The notes: generated from the letters alone by a model not told the origin. Positions 10,817 through 20,978 are shown, numbered from the stretch's first letter. The stretch: 64,000 nt of DNA from Histomonas meleagridis 2922-C6/04-290x (GCA_020184695.1 JAANOX010000279.1:1-64000); one strand, 5' to 3'. A program made the numbers and translations.

Positions 10817-12922
10817 ATGATCCTTTTCTATGCTCTTTGCATTGACCTCAAATCAAACTATGTTATAAACCCATCATTTGAAACAGGGCTATCGAATTGG
10901 GGCTTTAATGACAATACATGTACTGTAACATCAGAAGTTTCACATTCTGGTAAATATTCAATCCATTGTCATGATACATCAGGTGAACGAAATTCTTTAG
11001 CGTATCAGGGTTCAGAACCGTTAGAAAACGGATTTTATTATAAGCTTTCAGCTTGGATTAGAATGAAAGATTGTACATCACAATTATTAGTTTATGCAGA
11101 GAACTGGAGTCCATACGCATCTGGTATTTATGCTTTTAACACTCAAAATTCTTCATGTTCTAATAACAATTGCAATGATCAATGGTATTATATTGAAAGA
11201 ATCTCATTAGAACCAATAAATTCCACACGGCCATGTGTAGTTGGTTTTGGTCTTCGTGATAAAGGTACTGGTGAATATTGGATTGATGACATTACATTGA
11301 CACCTGTTTATACTTCATTACTGAAATCAGCGGATGTTACATGTTGGCGTCAAGAAGCATATAAAGACAAAACTAATGTAATTGTTGATCTTGGAGTTAA
11401 AAATACACATTGGGAAAATGGCGAAGATTTATCATTTGATGTTGATTTTATTAATCAAGAAACTGGTCGCAAAGAACTAACACTTACCAAATTTACAATT
11501 AAGCGTAATATCGAAAACATATATGCTAATTTTGTCTTAGATCCTAAACTTTTAACACCAGGATATTATAACATTAGTGTTACATTACATAATCTTTTCT
11601 GTAATACCGATGAACATATACAAACACATATTCATATTTTATCAGAAAAACGTGATTATGCGATTTTTATTGATGATAAAATGCGTACAATTGATCATGG
11701 AAAAGTATTCTTTCCACTTGGATTATATTATTATTGTGGTTATTCGGAAGAAATAATTCGAGATTATATAGCATCTGATGATAGTCCATTTAATTTAATT
11801 ATTGGTGGAGGAGGTAGTAAAGCAGCAATAGAACGAGTATATAATATTACTCATGGTAAAATTCGAGTTATAGATATAGGTACAGGAGGTAAAGTCTCAT
11901 ATAATAATGCAACAGAACGTAAAGAACTTGCTCAAAAACTTTCAAATTATGCAAAAACAGTTAAAGATTCACCAGGTTTATTTGCATATTATCATCTAGA
12001 TGAACCTACAATAGAAGCAGTACCATCATTACATGAAAATCTTATAGCATTACGTGAAGCAGATCCAAATCATCCAGTATATACAGCAATTGCTGCTAAT
12101 CATAGATTAGATTTACCTTATCTTAAAGAAGGTATAGATTGTTTTGGTAGTGATATTTATCCAGTACAAAATTTTGATCAATTTAATGCCGTTTATATAG
12201 TTTCTTATCAAAGTCGTAATGCTGTTATAAATAATCGAGCTCATTGGGGAATTCCTCAATTCTTTAGTTGGAAATATTATGATAATGTAAAACATGCAAA
12301 TGAACTTCCACCTACTTATGATCAATTACGTCAAATGACTTATCAAATGATTGTAGGTGGAGCTAATGGACTTATTTATTATGATTTTGGTTCTACTTTT
12401 TGTGGACCACATCAACCTTGGCAAAATGAATGGGAAAAATTAAAGAAAGTTGCAAATGAATTAATGAATAATTATATACCTATTATTATATCAGGTAATG
12501 ATATAGATCCTGGTTACGCTCAACCAACTTTTCCGAGAGAAATTATTGATGGTAGAGAATGTGGTGTAAGATTCTTTAATTATGATGGTTATGATTATGT
12601 TTTAGTTGTGAATGTTTGGCAATTTGATTCAAAAGAATGTACTTTCTTTAAACCTAGTACTACTTCAGATATTCAAATAATTACCGGTTCTTCTACAATT
12701 AAAAATCAAACAGATACTACATTGACACTGAGTATGCCTGCTATGGATGTTACTTGGTTAAAAATTACAAATGAAGCTTTTAATGGAAAAAAAGGTTTAT
12801 CTACAACTGTAAAAGTGATTATATCAATGATTGCAGTATGTATTGTTATAGGTGTTTATATTGGAGTTGCAATATTCGACAAAAGAAAGAACAGAAAAGA
12901 TTTTTCTGATTCTAAAACTTAG
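10817..12922 (+). CDS. Membrane-anchored glycoside-hydrolase-like protein (CBM4/9-like N-terminus, TIM-barrel-like catalytic domain, C-terminal TM)
   Basis: Short hydrophobic leader; INPSFETG..W carbohydrate-binding-type start; YYHLDEP and GSDIYPV acid/nucleophile-like motifs; PTYDQLRQMTYQMIVGGANGLIYY; TM VIISMIAVCIVIGVYIGVAIF followed by KRK. Confidence 0.65.
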   Translation: MILFYALCIDLKSNYVINPSFETGLSNWGFNDNTCTVTSEVSHSGKYSIHCHDTSGERNSLAYQGSEPLENGFYYKLSAWIRMKDCTSQLLVYAENWSPYASGIYAFNTQNSSCSNNNCNDQWYYIERISLEPINSTRPCVVGFGLRDKGTGEYWIDDITLTPVYTSLLKSADVTCWRQEAYKDKTNVIVDLGVKNTHWENGEDLSFDVDFINQETGRKELTLTKFTIKRNIENIYANFVLDPKLLTPGYYNISVTLHNLFCNTDEHIQTHIHILSEKRDYAIFIDDKMRTIDHGKVFFPLGLYYYCGYSEEIIRDYIASDDSPFNLIIGGGGSKAAIERVYNITHGKIRVIDIGTGGKVSYNNATERKELAQKLSNYAKTVKDSPGLFAYYHLDEPTIEAVPSLHENLIALREADPNHPVYTAIAANHRLDLPYLKEGIDCFGSDIYPVQNFDQFNAVYIVSYQSRNAVINNRAHWGIPQFFSWKYYDNVKHANELPPTYDQLRQMTYQMIVGGANGLIYYDFGSTFCGPHQPWQNEWEKLKKVANELMNNYIPIIISGNDIDPGYAQPTFPREIIDGRECGVRFFNYDGYDYVLVVNVWQFDSKECTFFKPSTTSDIQIITGSSTIKNQTDTTLTLSMPAMDVTWLKITNEAFNGKKGLSTTVKVIISMIAVCIVIGVYIGVAIFDKRKNRKDFSDSKT

Positions 12923-13083
12923 TTAATTAAATATAATTGACTCTTAATTATTGTTTGTGTTTTATTTTGAAATGTGAAATATATTAATGTGTGGAGAAAT
13001 GTTTAAACATTCGAAAATGTTTTAATATTTTTTTAATAATAAGGGTGTGAATTTTTCCTTATTTTGAATAAATATTAATATCT

Positions 13084-13268
13084 CTGTTTATTTTCTAAGA
13101 TTAAAAGAATGTAATATTTTTGCATTTTGATGTATTTATTAGTTCTTAAAATAAGATGATTTTTGAATAAATATTGCAGATATTTAATTTCATAATTTAC
13201 TAAAATCAAAAAATCGCTCTATTACATTTTTAAACATTCTGTTTTGTAAATAATTATATGTGTAATTT
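13084..13268 (+). repeat. Dispersed repeat segment A, copy 2
   Basis: Matches 9243-9427; ends at GTAATTT directly before the transposase ORF. Confidence 0.8.
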
Positions 13269-14088
13269 ATCTTCTTCGAATGATGAAATAATGGAAAATA
13301 GCCTTAAAGTTAATGAAGACGATCAAATTGGCATTAAAATTCCTAATGAAAATAACATAGGAAAACATTTGGAAAGGGATTATAATGACAAAATAGCAAA
13401 TTTGATTGATAAATCTCCGAAAATTCGAAAAATAATTGCCCAATATCTAGAAGTGTTGAAGTGGAGCGATTTTGGTGAGTCAGGGAAAAAGAAAATAATT
13501 GATCTAATTCGATCAGATGCATGTTACGGAGTTTCATGTAGAGTTTTGGAGCATATACTGCCTTGCAGTAAGTCATCCATTTCCAATTACAGGAATATGG
13601 AGGCCGAAGATATGATTGAAAATATTAATAATCATCAAGTTGGCCGTCCATCGAAATTAACAAAAGAACAGGAATCTGAACTTATGGGCGAAGCGATGCT
13701 GTTAAGAAAACAATTTCAACCTATTTCCTTGAAGTGGGCGATTGATTTTATTTTTAAACGTCATTCTTTAACCGTCTCCAAATCTATAATCAGGAGAACG
13801 TTTGCAAAATATGGGTGGAAAAAACGAAAGGCTCAAAAAAGACATCCTAAAAGCGAGCCGAAAAACAAAAAGACACTAATATATTTATTTCAGGAGTATG
13901 TGTATGGTTACATTAGGAAACATAACCTATCACCTAGTAATGTGCATATCATGGATGAGACAGCTATATACTCCAATTCCATTGTCCCTTACACATACAC
14001 GTATAAAGACGACAAAGAGGCGTATGTTATAACAAGTGAATCATGTGTAAAAGACACATTCATTGCAACTCTCACTGCCTATATATAA
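13258..14088 (+). mobile_element. IS630/Tc1/mariner-superfamily transposase, 3'-truncated
   Basis: GRPSKLTKEQE plus HTH (...TVSKSIIRRTFAKYGW), first catalytic Asp in VHIMDET; ends ~35 aa later with no second D or final D/E. Confidence 0.7.
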
Positions 14089-14239
14089 TAATTAAATTGA
14101 GATTTCATATCATATATTCAATTTTTATGATAAAATTTTCTTTATTTATATAATACAAACAAATATATTTTTATTCAATAACAATAATATATTTATGTTT
14201 TTTATCTCTCATGAAAGCTTGATTTATGTGTATTCTTTT

Positions 14240-14906
14240 TTAAGAATTTTTTTCAAGTAGTTTTTACAATTTTTGTCTTGTGATTTTTTTCAGCTGCAAG
14301 AATAAGGGCTGTTTCAAAATATTATAATGAATTCCAAATGTTTTTATAAAATCCTAAAAATTTGGAGAAAACTTCAAATAAAATAAGGAAATATTTTTAA
14401 TATTTACATTAATTCCTTTATATTTAAGAAGTATCTTAATAATTTTTGTTAATCCATAAAATGATACAATCATAAGTGCTGTATTAAACTAATTACATAA
14501 ATTCCAATTTATATTGTAAAAAATAAAATTAAAGTAAAAAGAATCAAAATTAAACAATATAATATTTTTTGCATTAATATCAATTTCATTACGAGCAAGA
14601 AGTAATTTTATAATTTCTTTGTATCCATTTTTGGGAAGCAATCATTAAAGCTGTCCAAAATAATATAAATTTATTCCAACAACTATTTACAAACAGAAAA
14701 TTATATAAACAAACTTTAAAGATAATGAATTAACATCTTTTGTATTAACATCAATGCATTTTTGTTCAAGAAGTAATTTTATGATTTCAGTTTCGCCTGA
14801 AAATGATACGTACATTAATGCAGTTCGAAATTACATAAACATATTCCAAATTTTTTTCATTAGAACAAAGAACAAACAAATTGAATTATAAGCAAAACAA
14901 AAAAAT
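14240..14906 (-). repeat. Locus 1 interrupted ankyrin array: 4 coding modules and 4 spacers (82, 80, 81, 80 nt)
   Basis: Modules start at 14824 (TALMYVSFSGETEIIKLLLEQKCIDVNTKD), 14654 (TALMIAS..., +1 nt in a homopolymer), 14482 (TALMIVSFYGLTKIIKILLKYKGINVNIKN) and 14312 (TALILAAEKNH..., +1 nt). Confidence 0.85.
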
Positions 14907-16190
14907 ATCTTTAGCATTGATATCAATACCATTTTGATTTAAAATATATTTTACAAGTTCAATATTATGTGATTGTGAAGAAAAAACTAAAATATTTTTT
15001 GGGATTTTATTTTTAATAAGAAAATGCTCAACGAGATATATATTTCCAATTCTTGCTGACTCATTAATAATTGAATTATTGATTTTCATTCCATTTTCTT
15101 TTAAAAATGAAAAAATTTCATAGTTATGATATAAAATACAATACCTTCCTAACTTAGATATGTTATTAATTCTTATAATCTTATTTTCATAAATGTATTT
15201 AAAGATATCATTTCGATGAAATTCAATTGCTATTTTATACGCTTTGTTAAATGATAAATGATTTTGTTCACATAAATGAATGATTTCTATATTTCCACCT
15301 GCAATTGCATATTTACCTGTTTTATTTACTTTCGAACCATTCATAAGCAAATATTTAAAACATTTAACAGCAGAAAAAAATGCTGCATAATCAATTAATG
15401 TAACATTTTCTTGATTAATGAATGAACATCTTTCATAAAGTGATGGTTCAATTGTTTGGTTAAAATTAAAATTTGTTTGTGATGATATTTCTTGAAGTTT
15501 TTCTATTTCATCATTTCGAATTATTTTCGCAATCTCATTTGGATTATGTCCTTCTTTAATTAATTGCTTATGAAGTTCCCAATCATTCTTTGATAGTTCT
15601 TCATAATTATTAATAATTTGATCCATGAATTTAACATAGTAAATATTTTTAATTTTATCTTCTTTCATACGATGCACAAAATATGAATTATTTTTAATGA
15701 ATTTTGGTTCAAGTAATTTGTGTTCAATCATTGCTTCAAGAAGATAATTCCCTTCTTGTGTATTTTTATTAAGAAGAAATAACAAAAATACGTCGAAAAA
15801 ATTCGATTTTATTGAATTTTTCTTAATAGATGATTGAATTTCTTTTAGAAGATTTAAATATATTGTAGATTTATCCATATCAATAGAAAACGATTCATAT
15901 ATCATTTGGGTGATGATTATGTTAAAAGATAATGGATAAATATTGTCAAGTATGTGAGTCGCGATTAAATTTACTGATTGAATAATCCTATCTTCATCCA
16001 TATCAAATATAATGCGATTAATTGATAAAATTGTTTCCCATCCATTCCAAGATTTTTTATTTGTTATTTTTTTCCGAAATCGCTTTTTCATTTCAACAAC
16101 ATGAATAAAAGTGACGAATTTATTTGCTTTTTCAAAGAATACTTGTTTTGCGTTTGTTTTTAAATTTATAAATCGATATCTGTTAAACAT
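14886..16190 (-). CDS. DUF3447/ankyrin protein, locus 1 (first segment; start may be ATG 16091)
   Basis: LIDYAAFFSAVKCFKYLL, YAIAGGNIEIIHLCEQ, AIEFHRNDIFKY (DUF3447-type); ends GIDINAKD plus a spacer-encoded tail. Confidence 0.85.
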   Translation of the reverse strand: MFNRYRFINLKTNAKQVFFEKANKFVTFIHVVEMKKRFRKKITNKKSWNGWETILSINRIIFDMDEDRIIQSVNLIATHILDNIYPLSFNIIITQMIYESFSIDMDKSTIYLNLLKEIQSSIKKNSIKSNFFDVFLLFLLNKNTQEGNYLLEAMIEHKLLEPKFIKNNSYFVHRMKEDKIKNIYYVKFMDQIINNYEELSKNDWELHKQLIKEGHNPNEIAKIIRNDEIEKLQEISSQTNFNFNQTIEPSLYERCSFINQENVTLIDYAAFFSAVKCFKYLLMNGSKVNKTGKYAIAGGNIEIIHLCEQNHLSFNKAYKIAIEFHRNDIFKYIYENKIIRINNISKLGRYCILYHNYEIFSFLKENGMKINNSIINESARIGNIYLVEHFLIKNKIPKNILVFSSQSHNIELVKYILNQNGIDINAKDIFLFCL

Positions 16191-16414
16191 CTAATATGTC
16201 ACTGTATCAAAATCTAAAAGTTTGATTTCGGCGGATCTAATGTATTTTAATAACATCTGCAAAATTTTTCAGATTAAAAAAAAAATATATGAATCTTCTT
16301 ACCTCGTCTCATCCTATGAAATTATATACATTTTTATATACATTTGATAATTTATATGTATCTGCAATATTATAAACTCTTGCTTCTTCATCTGAAAAAA
16401 TAATGTTTACTGTT

Positions 16415-16422
16415 GTCACTTT
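16415..16422 (+). promoter_or_regulatory. GTCACTTT motif (reverse complement of the T. vaginalis M2-type core element AAAGTGAC)
   Basis: ~65 nt upstream of ATG 16487; same sense-strand orientation upstream of 22291, 44021 and 16091. Confidence 0.45.
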
Positions 16423-16486
16423 TGCGCAATGTGTGTGAAGACCGTTTGTGTAATTTGTCCGGCATTTTTAAAAATTTTTAAAATTA

Positions 16487-17686
16487 ATGAGTGAAGCAAA
16501 CACAGCAAAAAAGAACGGATTAGAGGTAATGCAATTAATTCAACAAACCATTCCTAGCTTAAATGATAAAAATATTAATCAAGCGTTCCATTCAATAATA
16601 AGCATATTTAATGAGAAATATGTAAATTCTTTTAACATAACGATTAGCCGAATTATATATACATACATTGATATGGGAATTGCTGATAAAAAAGTATATT
16701 TTGATTTCATGAAAGAAATTGAAAAATTTGAAGAAACCAAAAAAATCGAAACAAAAATATTTAAAATATTTTCTGATTTACTTCTTAAAGAATATACTCA
16801 AAAGTCACTTTATTTTATTGAATATATGATTAAAGAGAAACTTATGGATTCCAAAAAAATTGACAAATTACATCCATATTTTATTCATCATTCAAATGAA
16901 GAAGAATTTAATAAAATTCTTTCTTTGAAATCTAAATATATAATAGAAATCAAAGATAACATTAAAGAACTAACAAAGAATGATTGGGAACTTCATAAGA
17001 AATTAATTGCAGAAGGACATAATCCAAATGAAATAGCAAAAATTATTCGAAATGATGAAATAGAAAAACTTCAAGAAATATCATCACAAACTAATTTTAA
17101 TTATAACCAGAAAATTGAACCATCACTTTATGAAAGGTGTGATTTTGTTAATAAAGAAAATGTTACATTAATTGATTATGCAGCATTTTTTGGATCAGTT
17201 AAATGTTTTAAATATTTACTTCTGAATGGTTCTGAAATAGATGATACAGGTGAATATGCAATTGCTGGTGGAAATCTAGAGATAATTCATTTATGTGAGC
17301 AATATCACTCATCATATGAAAATGCGTATGAAACAGCAATTAAATTTCATCAAAATGATATCTTTAAATATCTTTATGAAAATAAAATTGTCGAAATTAA
17401 TGATTTAGAAAATTTAGGAAAGAAATGTATAACATATTATGACTATGATTTATTTTTGTACTTGAAAGAAAATGGAATGAAAATTAATGATGATATTATT
17501 AATGAATCAGCAAGAATTGGAAATATAATCATTGTGAAATATTTTCTTAAAGAATATCAACTTCCCAAAAAGATTTTAATATTTTCGGCAAAATCAGGAG
17601 TTATTGAACTTGTTAAATGTGTATTAAAGAAAAAGGGAATCGACGTCAATTTAAAAGACATTATTTTTATTGATTTAATATTTTAA
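16487..17686 (+). CDS. DUF3447/ankyrin protein, locus 2 (first segment)
   Basis: Paralog of locus 1 (NDWELHKKLIAEGHNPNEIAKIIRNDEIEKLQEISSQTNF); ends GIDVNLKD plus a spacer tail. Confidence 0.85.
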   Translation: MSEANTAKKNGLEVMQLIQQTIPSLNDKNINQAFHSIISIFNEKYVNSFNITISRIIYTYIDMGIADKKVYFDFMKEIEKFEETKKIETKIFKIFSDLLLKEYTQKSLYFIEYMIKEKLMDSKKIDKLHPYFIHHSNEEEFNKILSLKSKYIIEIKDNIKELTKNDWELHKKLIAEGHNPNEIAKIIRNDEIEKLQEISSQTNFNYNQKIEPSLYERCDFVNKENVTLIDYAAFFGSVKCFKYLLLNGSEIDDTGEYAIAGGNLEIIHLCEQYHSSYENAYETAIKFHQNDIFKYLYENKIVEINDLENLGKKCITYYDYDLFLYLKENGMKINDDIINESARIGNIIIVKYFLKEYQLPKKILIFSAKSGVIELVKCVLKKKGIDVNLKDIIFIDLIF

Positions 17687-19325
17687 AGTAATATTTGAAA
17701 TCTATATCAAATATTTTTATCAGCACTTATGTGGGCTACTGTTTATAATTACATCGAAATAGTTAAATTACTTCTTCAACAAAAAGGAATTGATGTTAAT
17801 ATTAAAGATGTTTTTTTATTTTATTTAAAATTTATTTTAATAATTTGATATTTCAAAATAATTTTTAAAAATTATTTATATTATTTAATACAGTACTTAT
17901 GCATGCATCCATAAAAGGTTTCAATGAGATAGTTAAATTACTTCTTGAACAAAAAGGAATTGATATTAATGCTAAAAATATTTATTTGTTTTATTTAGTT
18001 TTAATTTTTTTAATTTGATATTTCAAAAAAATATTTGGAAATTATTTAATTTATTTAATACAGCACTTATGTGGCCATCTTCAAAAGATCATATAGAAAT
18101 AGTGAAATTACTTCTTAAGCAAAAAGGAATTGATATTAATGCTAAAAATATTTATTTGTTTTATTTAAAATTTGTTTTAATAATTTTTGATTTCAAAATA
18201 ATATTTAAAAAATATTTTCATTATTTGATACAGCACTTATGTATGCATCTGAAAATGGTCATACAGAAATAGTTAAATTACTTCTTGAACAAGAAGGAAT
18301 TGATTTTAATGCTAAAGATAGTATTTATTTTAATAATTTTCTATTCCAAAATAATATTTGGAAATTATTTAATTTATTTAATACAGCACTTATGCAAGCA
18401 TCTTGGAAGGGTTATACAGAGATAGTTAAATTACTTCTTGAACAAAAAGGAATTGATATTAATGCTAAAAATAAAATTTATTTGCTTTATTTAATATTTA
18501 TTTTAATAATTTCTTATTTCAAAATAATATTTGGAAATTATTTAAATTATTTAATACAGCACTTATGATAGCATCTGAAAATGGTCATACAGAGATAGTT
18601 GAATTACTTCTTGAACAAAAAGGAATTGATATTAATGCTAAAAATATTTATTTCTTTTATTTAATATTTATTATAATGTTTTAATATTTCAAAATAATAT
18701 TTGAAAATTATTTAATTTATTTAATACAGCACTTATTAGAGCATCTGAAAAAGGTTACACAGAAATAGTTAAATTACTTCTTGAACATAAAAATATCGAT
18801 GTTAATGCTAAAGATATCAATTTGTTTTATGTGAAATTTATTATAATGTTTTAATATATCAAAATAATATTTGGTAATTTTTCAAATAATTTAATACAGT
18901 ACTTATAAAAGCATCTTTAAAAGATCATATAGACATTGTTAAATTACTTCTTGAACAAAAAGGAATTGATGTCAATTCCAAAAATATTTATTTATTTTAT
19001 ATAAAATTTGCAATTATAATTTTTTATTTCAATATAATATTTGGAAATTATTTAATTTACTTAATACAGCTTTAATTATAGCATCTAAAAATGGCTATAT
19101 TGAAATAGTTAAATTACTTCTTGAACAAAAAGGAATTGATATTAATGCTAAAGATATTCATTTGCTTTATATAAGATTTATTTTAATTACTTTATGTTTT
19201 GTTATAATTTTTGGGATTTATTTGAAATATTTAAAACTGCAGCAATTTATGCATCTCAAAAAGGATATAATGAAATAGTTAAATATCTTTGTGAACAAGA
19301 AGGAATCATTAATAATTCCCTAAAT
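17660..19325 (+). repeat. Locus 2 interrupted ankyrin array: 10 intact 30-codon modules with 170-bp period
   Basis: Module starts 17720, 17890, 18060, 18230, 18383, 18556, 18726, 18896, 19066, 19236; spacers 60, 80, 80, 80, 63, 83, 80, 80, 80, 80 nt; no stop or indel inside any module. Confidence 0.9.
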
Positions 19326-19808
19326 ATTCATTTATTTGATTTAAAGTTTATTTTTATAATTTGAAATTTCAAGCAAATGAAAATGATTATTAATATTAAT
19401 AATTAACTGAAATCAAATTCAAATTAGCTGAAAAAACGTTAATAAAGGTAAAATATTTCTAATTTTATTCATATCATTATATAGTCTGAGATACAATGAT
19501 TATCTCTTGAGTTTTAGAGTTCTATATATGTTACTAAGATTTTGGCAAAAATCAGATCACTTGAATGCACATCTGTACAAATGTCCTCATGCTTTGATAT
19601 TCATCCTCATAATGCTTACAAGCTTTATATTTATAGCTTTCAAATACTATTTCATAATAATTGGAATTAAAAATGAAATTTATAAAACCTGAATTTGATC
19701 TACATGATAGAATTAAACCATTAAATTAATATTTTAATTCCAAATGTTGATGCTGAAGATACTATTAAATTTATCAAATTGAAAATCTCTTATCAAAAAA
19801 TGTGTTAT

Positions 19809-20951
19809 CTACTTCCAAAGAATGCATTTTTTATCATCAGCTGTTAGTAATACAGATTCACATATACAACATGCAGAAAGTTTATGATGAGGCCACCATG
19901 AGTTATCTCCAATAATGATTGCATCATTTTTCATTTCGAAGTCATAACATTTAATTATTGTTTCATCACCAGCTTGAAAGAAATAGTTTTCCCAATTAAA
20001 TAAAAACTTACTTGTGACACCAACATTAAAACTTGTAACAATACCGTCATAATTACATATTATGATTTCAGTTCCCAATCCAGAAACTACAAAATATTGC
20101 GATGAAGAAGTGATTAAAGTTGCCTCGAAATTTAAATCAAATTCAGAAATTATTTTAACTTCAGAATCCATAGCAAAAATAGTAACTTTCTTGTTATTAA
20201 TGGAAATTAATTTATTTGGAGCTGGTGATAGTAAATTTGATTTTATTGGAATTGATTTGCAAATACTGATGTTTTTATCATAAATACAAATTGAATCATT
20301 TTCATAAGTGACAAAAAAATAATGTGAAAATGAATCATTTGGCCAACAGGCAAATTGTGACATATTAATTACACACTTGTTGCGTTGTAACCGAGCATCA
20401 GATATATAAATATGCTTATTATTTGTTTGAATTGCAATATAAGATTGTGATAAACACCAAATATTGATAATGGAGAAATTATCATAACACATGCTTTCTT
20501 TTAACATACGATTTTCAGACAATGAATAAACAAAAACTTTTGATGTATCAGTTCCGATGTATACTAAATCATGCGAGTAAGATACAGAAGTAATTTTGTT
20601 TAAGTTATTAATGGTTATAATTTTAAAAGGATGGTAAAAATCTGGATGGAAAGAAAGATATTCCATAAAACTAAGTCTTTGGTTGAGATCATTGAATAGC
20701 ATTGTTACTGATGATTCAATTTTGTTAATTTGTTTCTCAAAAGAAGACATTTTTTCTATGCCTTTGCGTTTGAGCTCTTGGTTGCTCTTTTTTAAAAGTT
20801 CGAAATTTTCTCTTTCTGATATTATTGCAAAAGATTTTTCCTCGATTTGAGAAACAAAATTTCCCAATTCTTCATCAACATTTATGTCAATGCTGAGTTT
20901 GTTATTTCTTTTAATTTTTTGGTTTGATTTTGAATTTTCATTTTTTTCCAT
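19809..20951 (-). CDS. Coiled-coil plus WD40/beta-propeller protein
   Basis: N-terminal heptads followed by beta-strand repeats ending LLTADDKKCILWK. Confidence 0.6.
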   Translation of the reverse strand: MEKNENSKSNQKIKRNNKLSIDINVDEELGNFVSQIEEKSFAIISERENFELLKKSNQELKRKGIEKMSSFEKQINKIESSVTMLFNDLNQRLSFMEYLSFHPDFYHPFKIITINNLNKITSVSYSHDLVYIGTDTSKVFVYSLSENRMLKESMCYDNFSIINIWCLSQSYIAIQTNNKHIYISDARLQRNKCVINMSQFACWPNDSFSHYFFVTYENDSICIYDKNISICKSIPIKSNLLSPAPNKLISINNKKVTIFAMDSEVKIISEFDLNFEATLITSSSQYFVVSGLGTEIIICNYDGIVTSFNVGVTSKFLFNWENYFFQAGDETIIKCYDFEMKNDAIIIGDNSWWPHHKLSACCICESVLLTADDKKCILWK

Positions 20952-20978
20952 TTTATTAACGTCTTTTTTGACCGTTTA

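Noticed and set aside
18015-18568. ORFs 18015-18272, 18239-18568 and 39403-39684 as independent small genes
   Set aside because: They are pieces of the module/spacer arrays, read partly through spacers
17980-18895. Programmed -1 frameshifting through the spacers (T TTA AAA and T TTT TTA heptamers are in frame in some)
   Set aside because: The downstream frame contains stops inside several spacers (TAA or TGA at -24; TAA or TAG at -9), and spacer lengths fall in all three phases
17660-19325. Spacers as canonical GT-AG or AT-AC spliceosomal introns (TACAG before many modules; GT in TTGTTTT)
   Set aside because: The GT is present in only about 8 of 22 spacers and is in the wrong phase for the CAG. 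The AG is absent in ACT-GCA modules (14824, 19236), and using it would delete the TAL threonine
17660-19325. CRISPR-like repeat-spacer array
   Set aside because: The variable parts encode ankyrin repeats, the units are 170 bp, there are no cas genes and the context is eukaryotic
19326-19465. An 11th module in locus 2
   Set aside because: A spacer-like start follows module 10, but the -24 motif and ankyrin consensus are missing; the true terminal exon is unresolved
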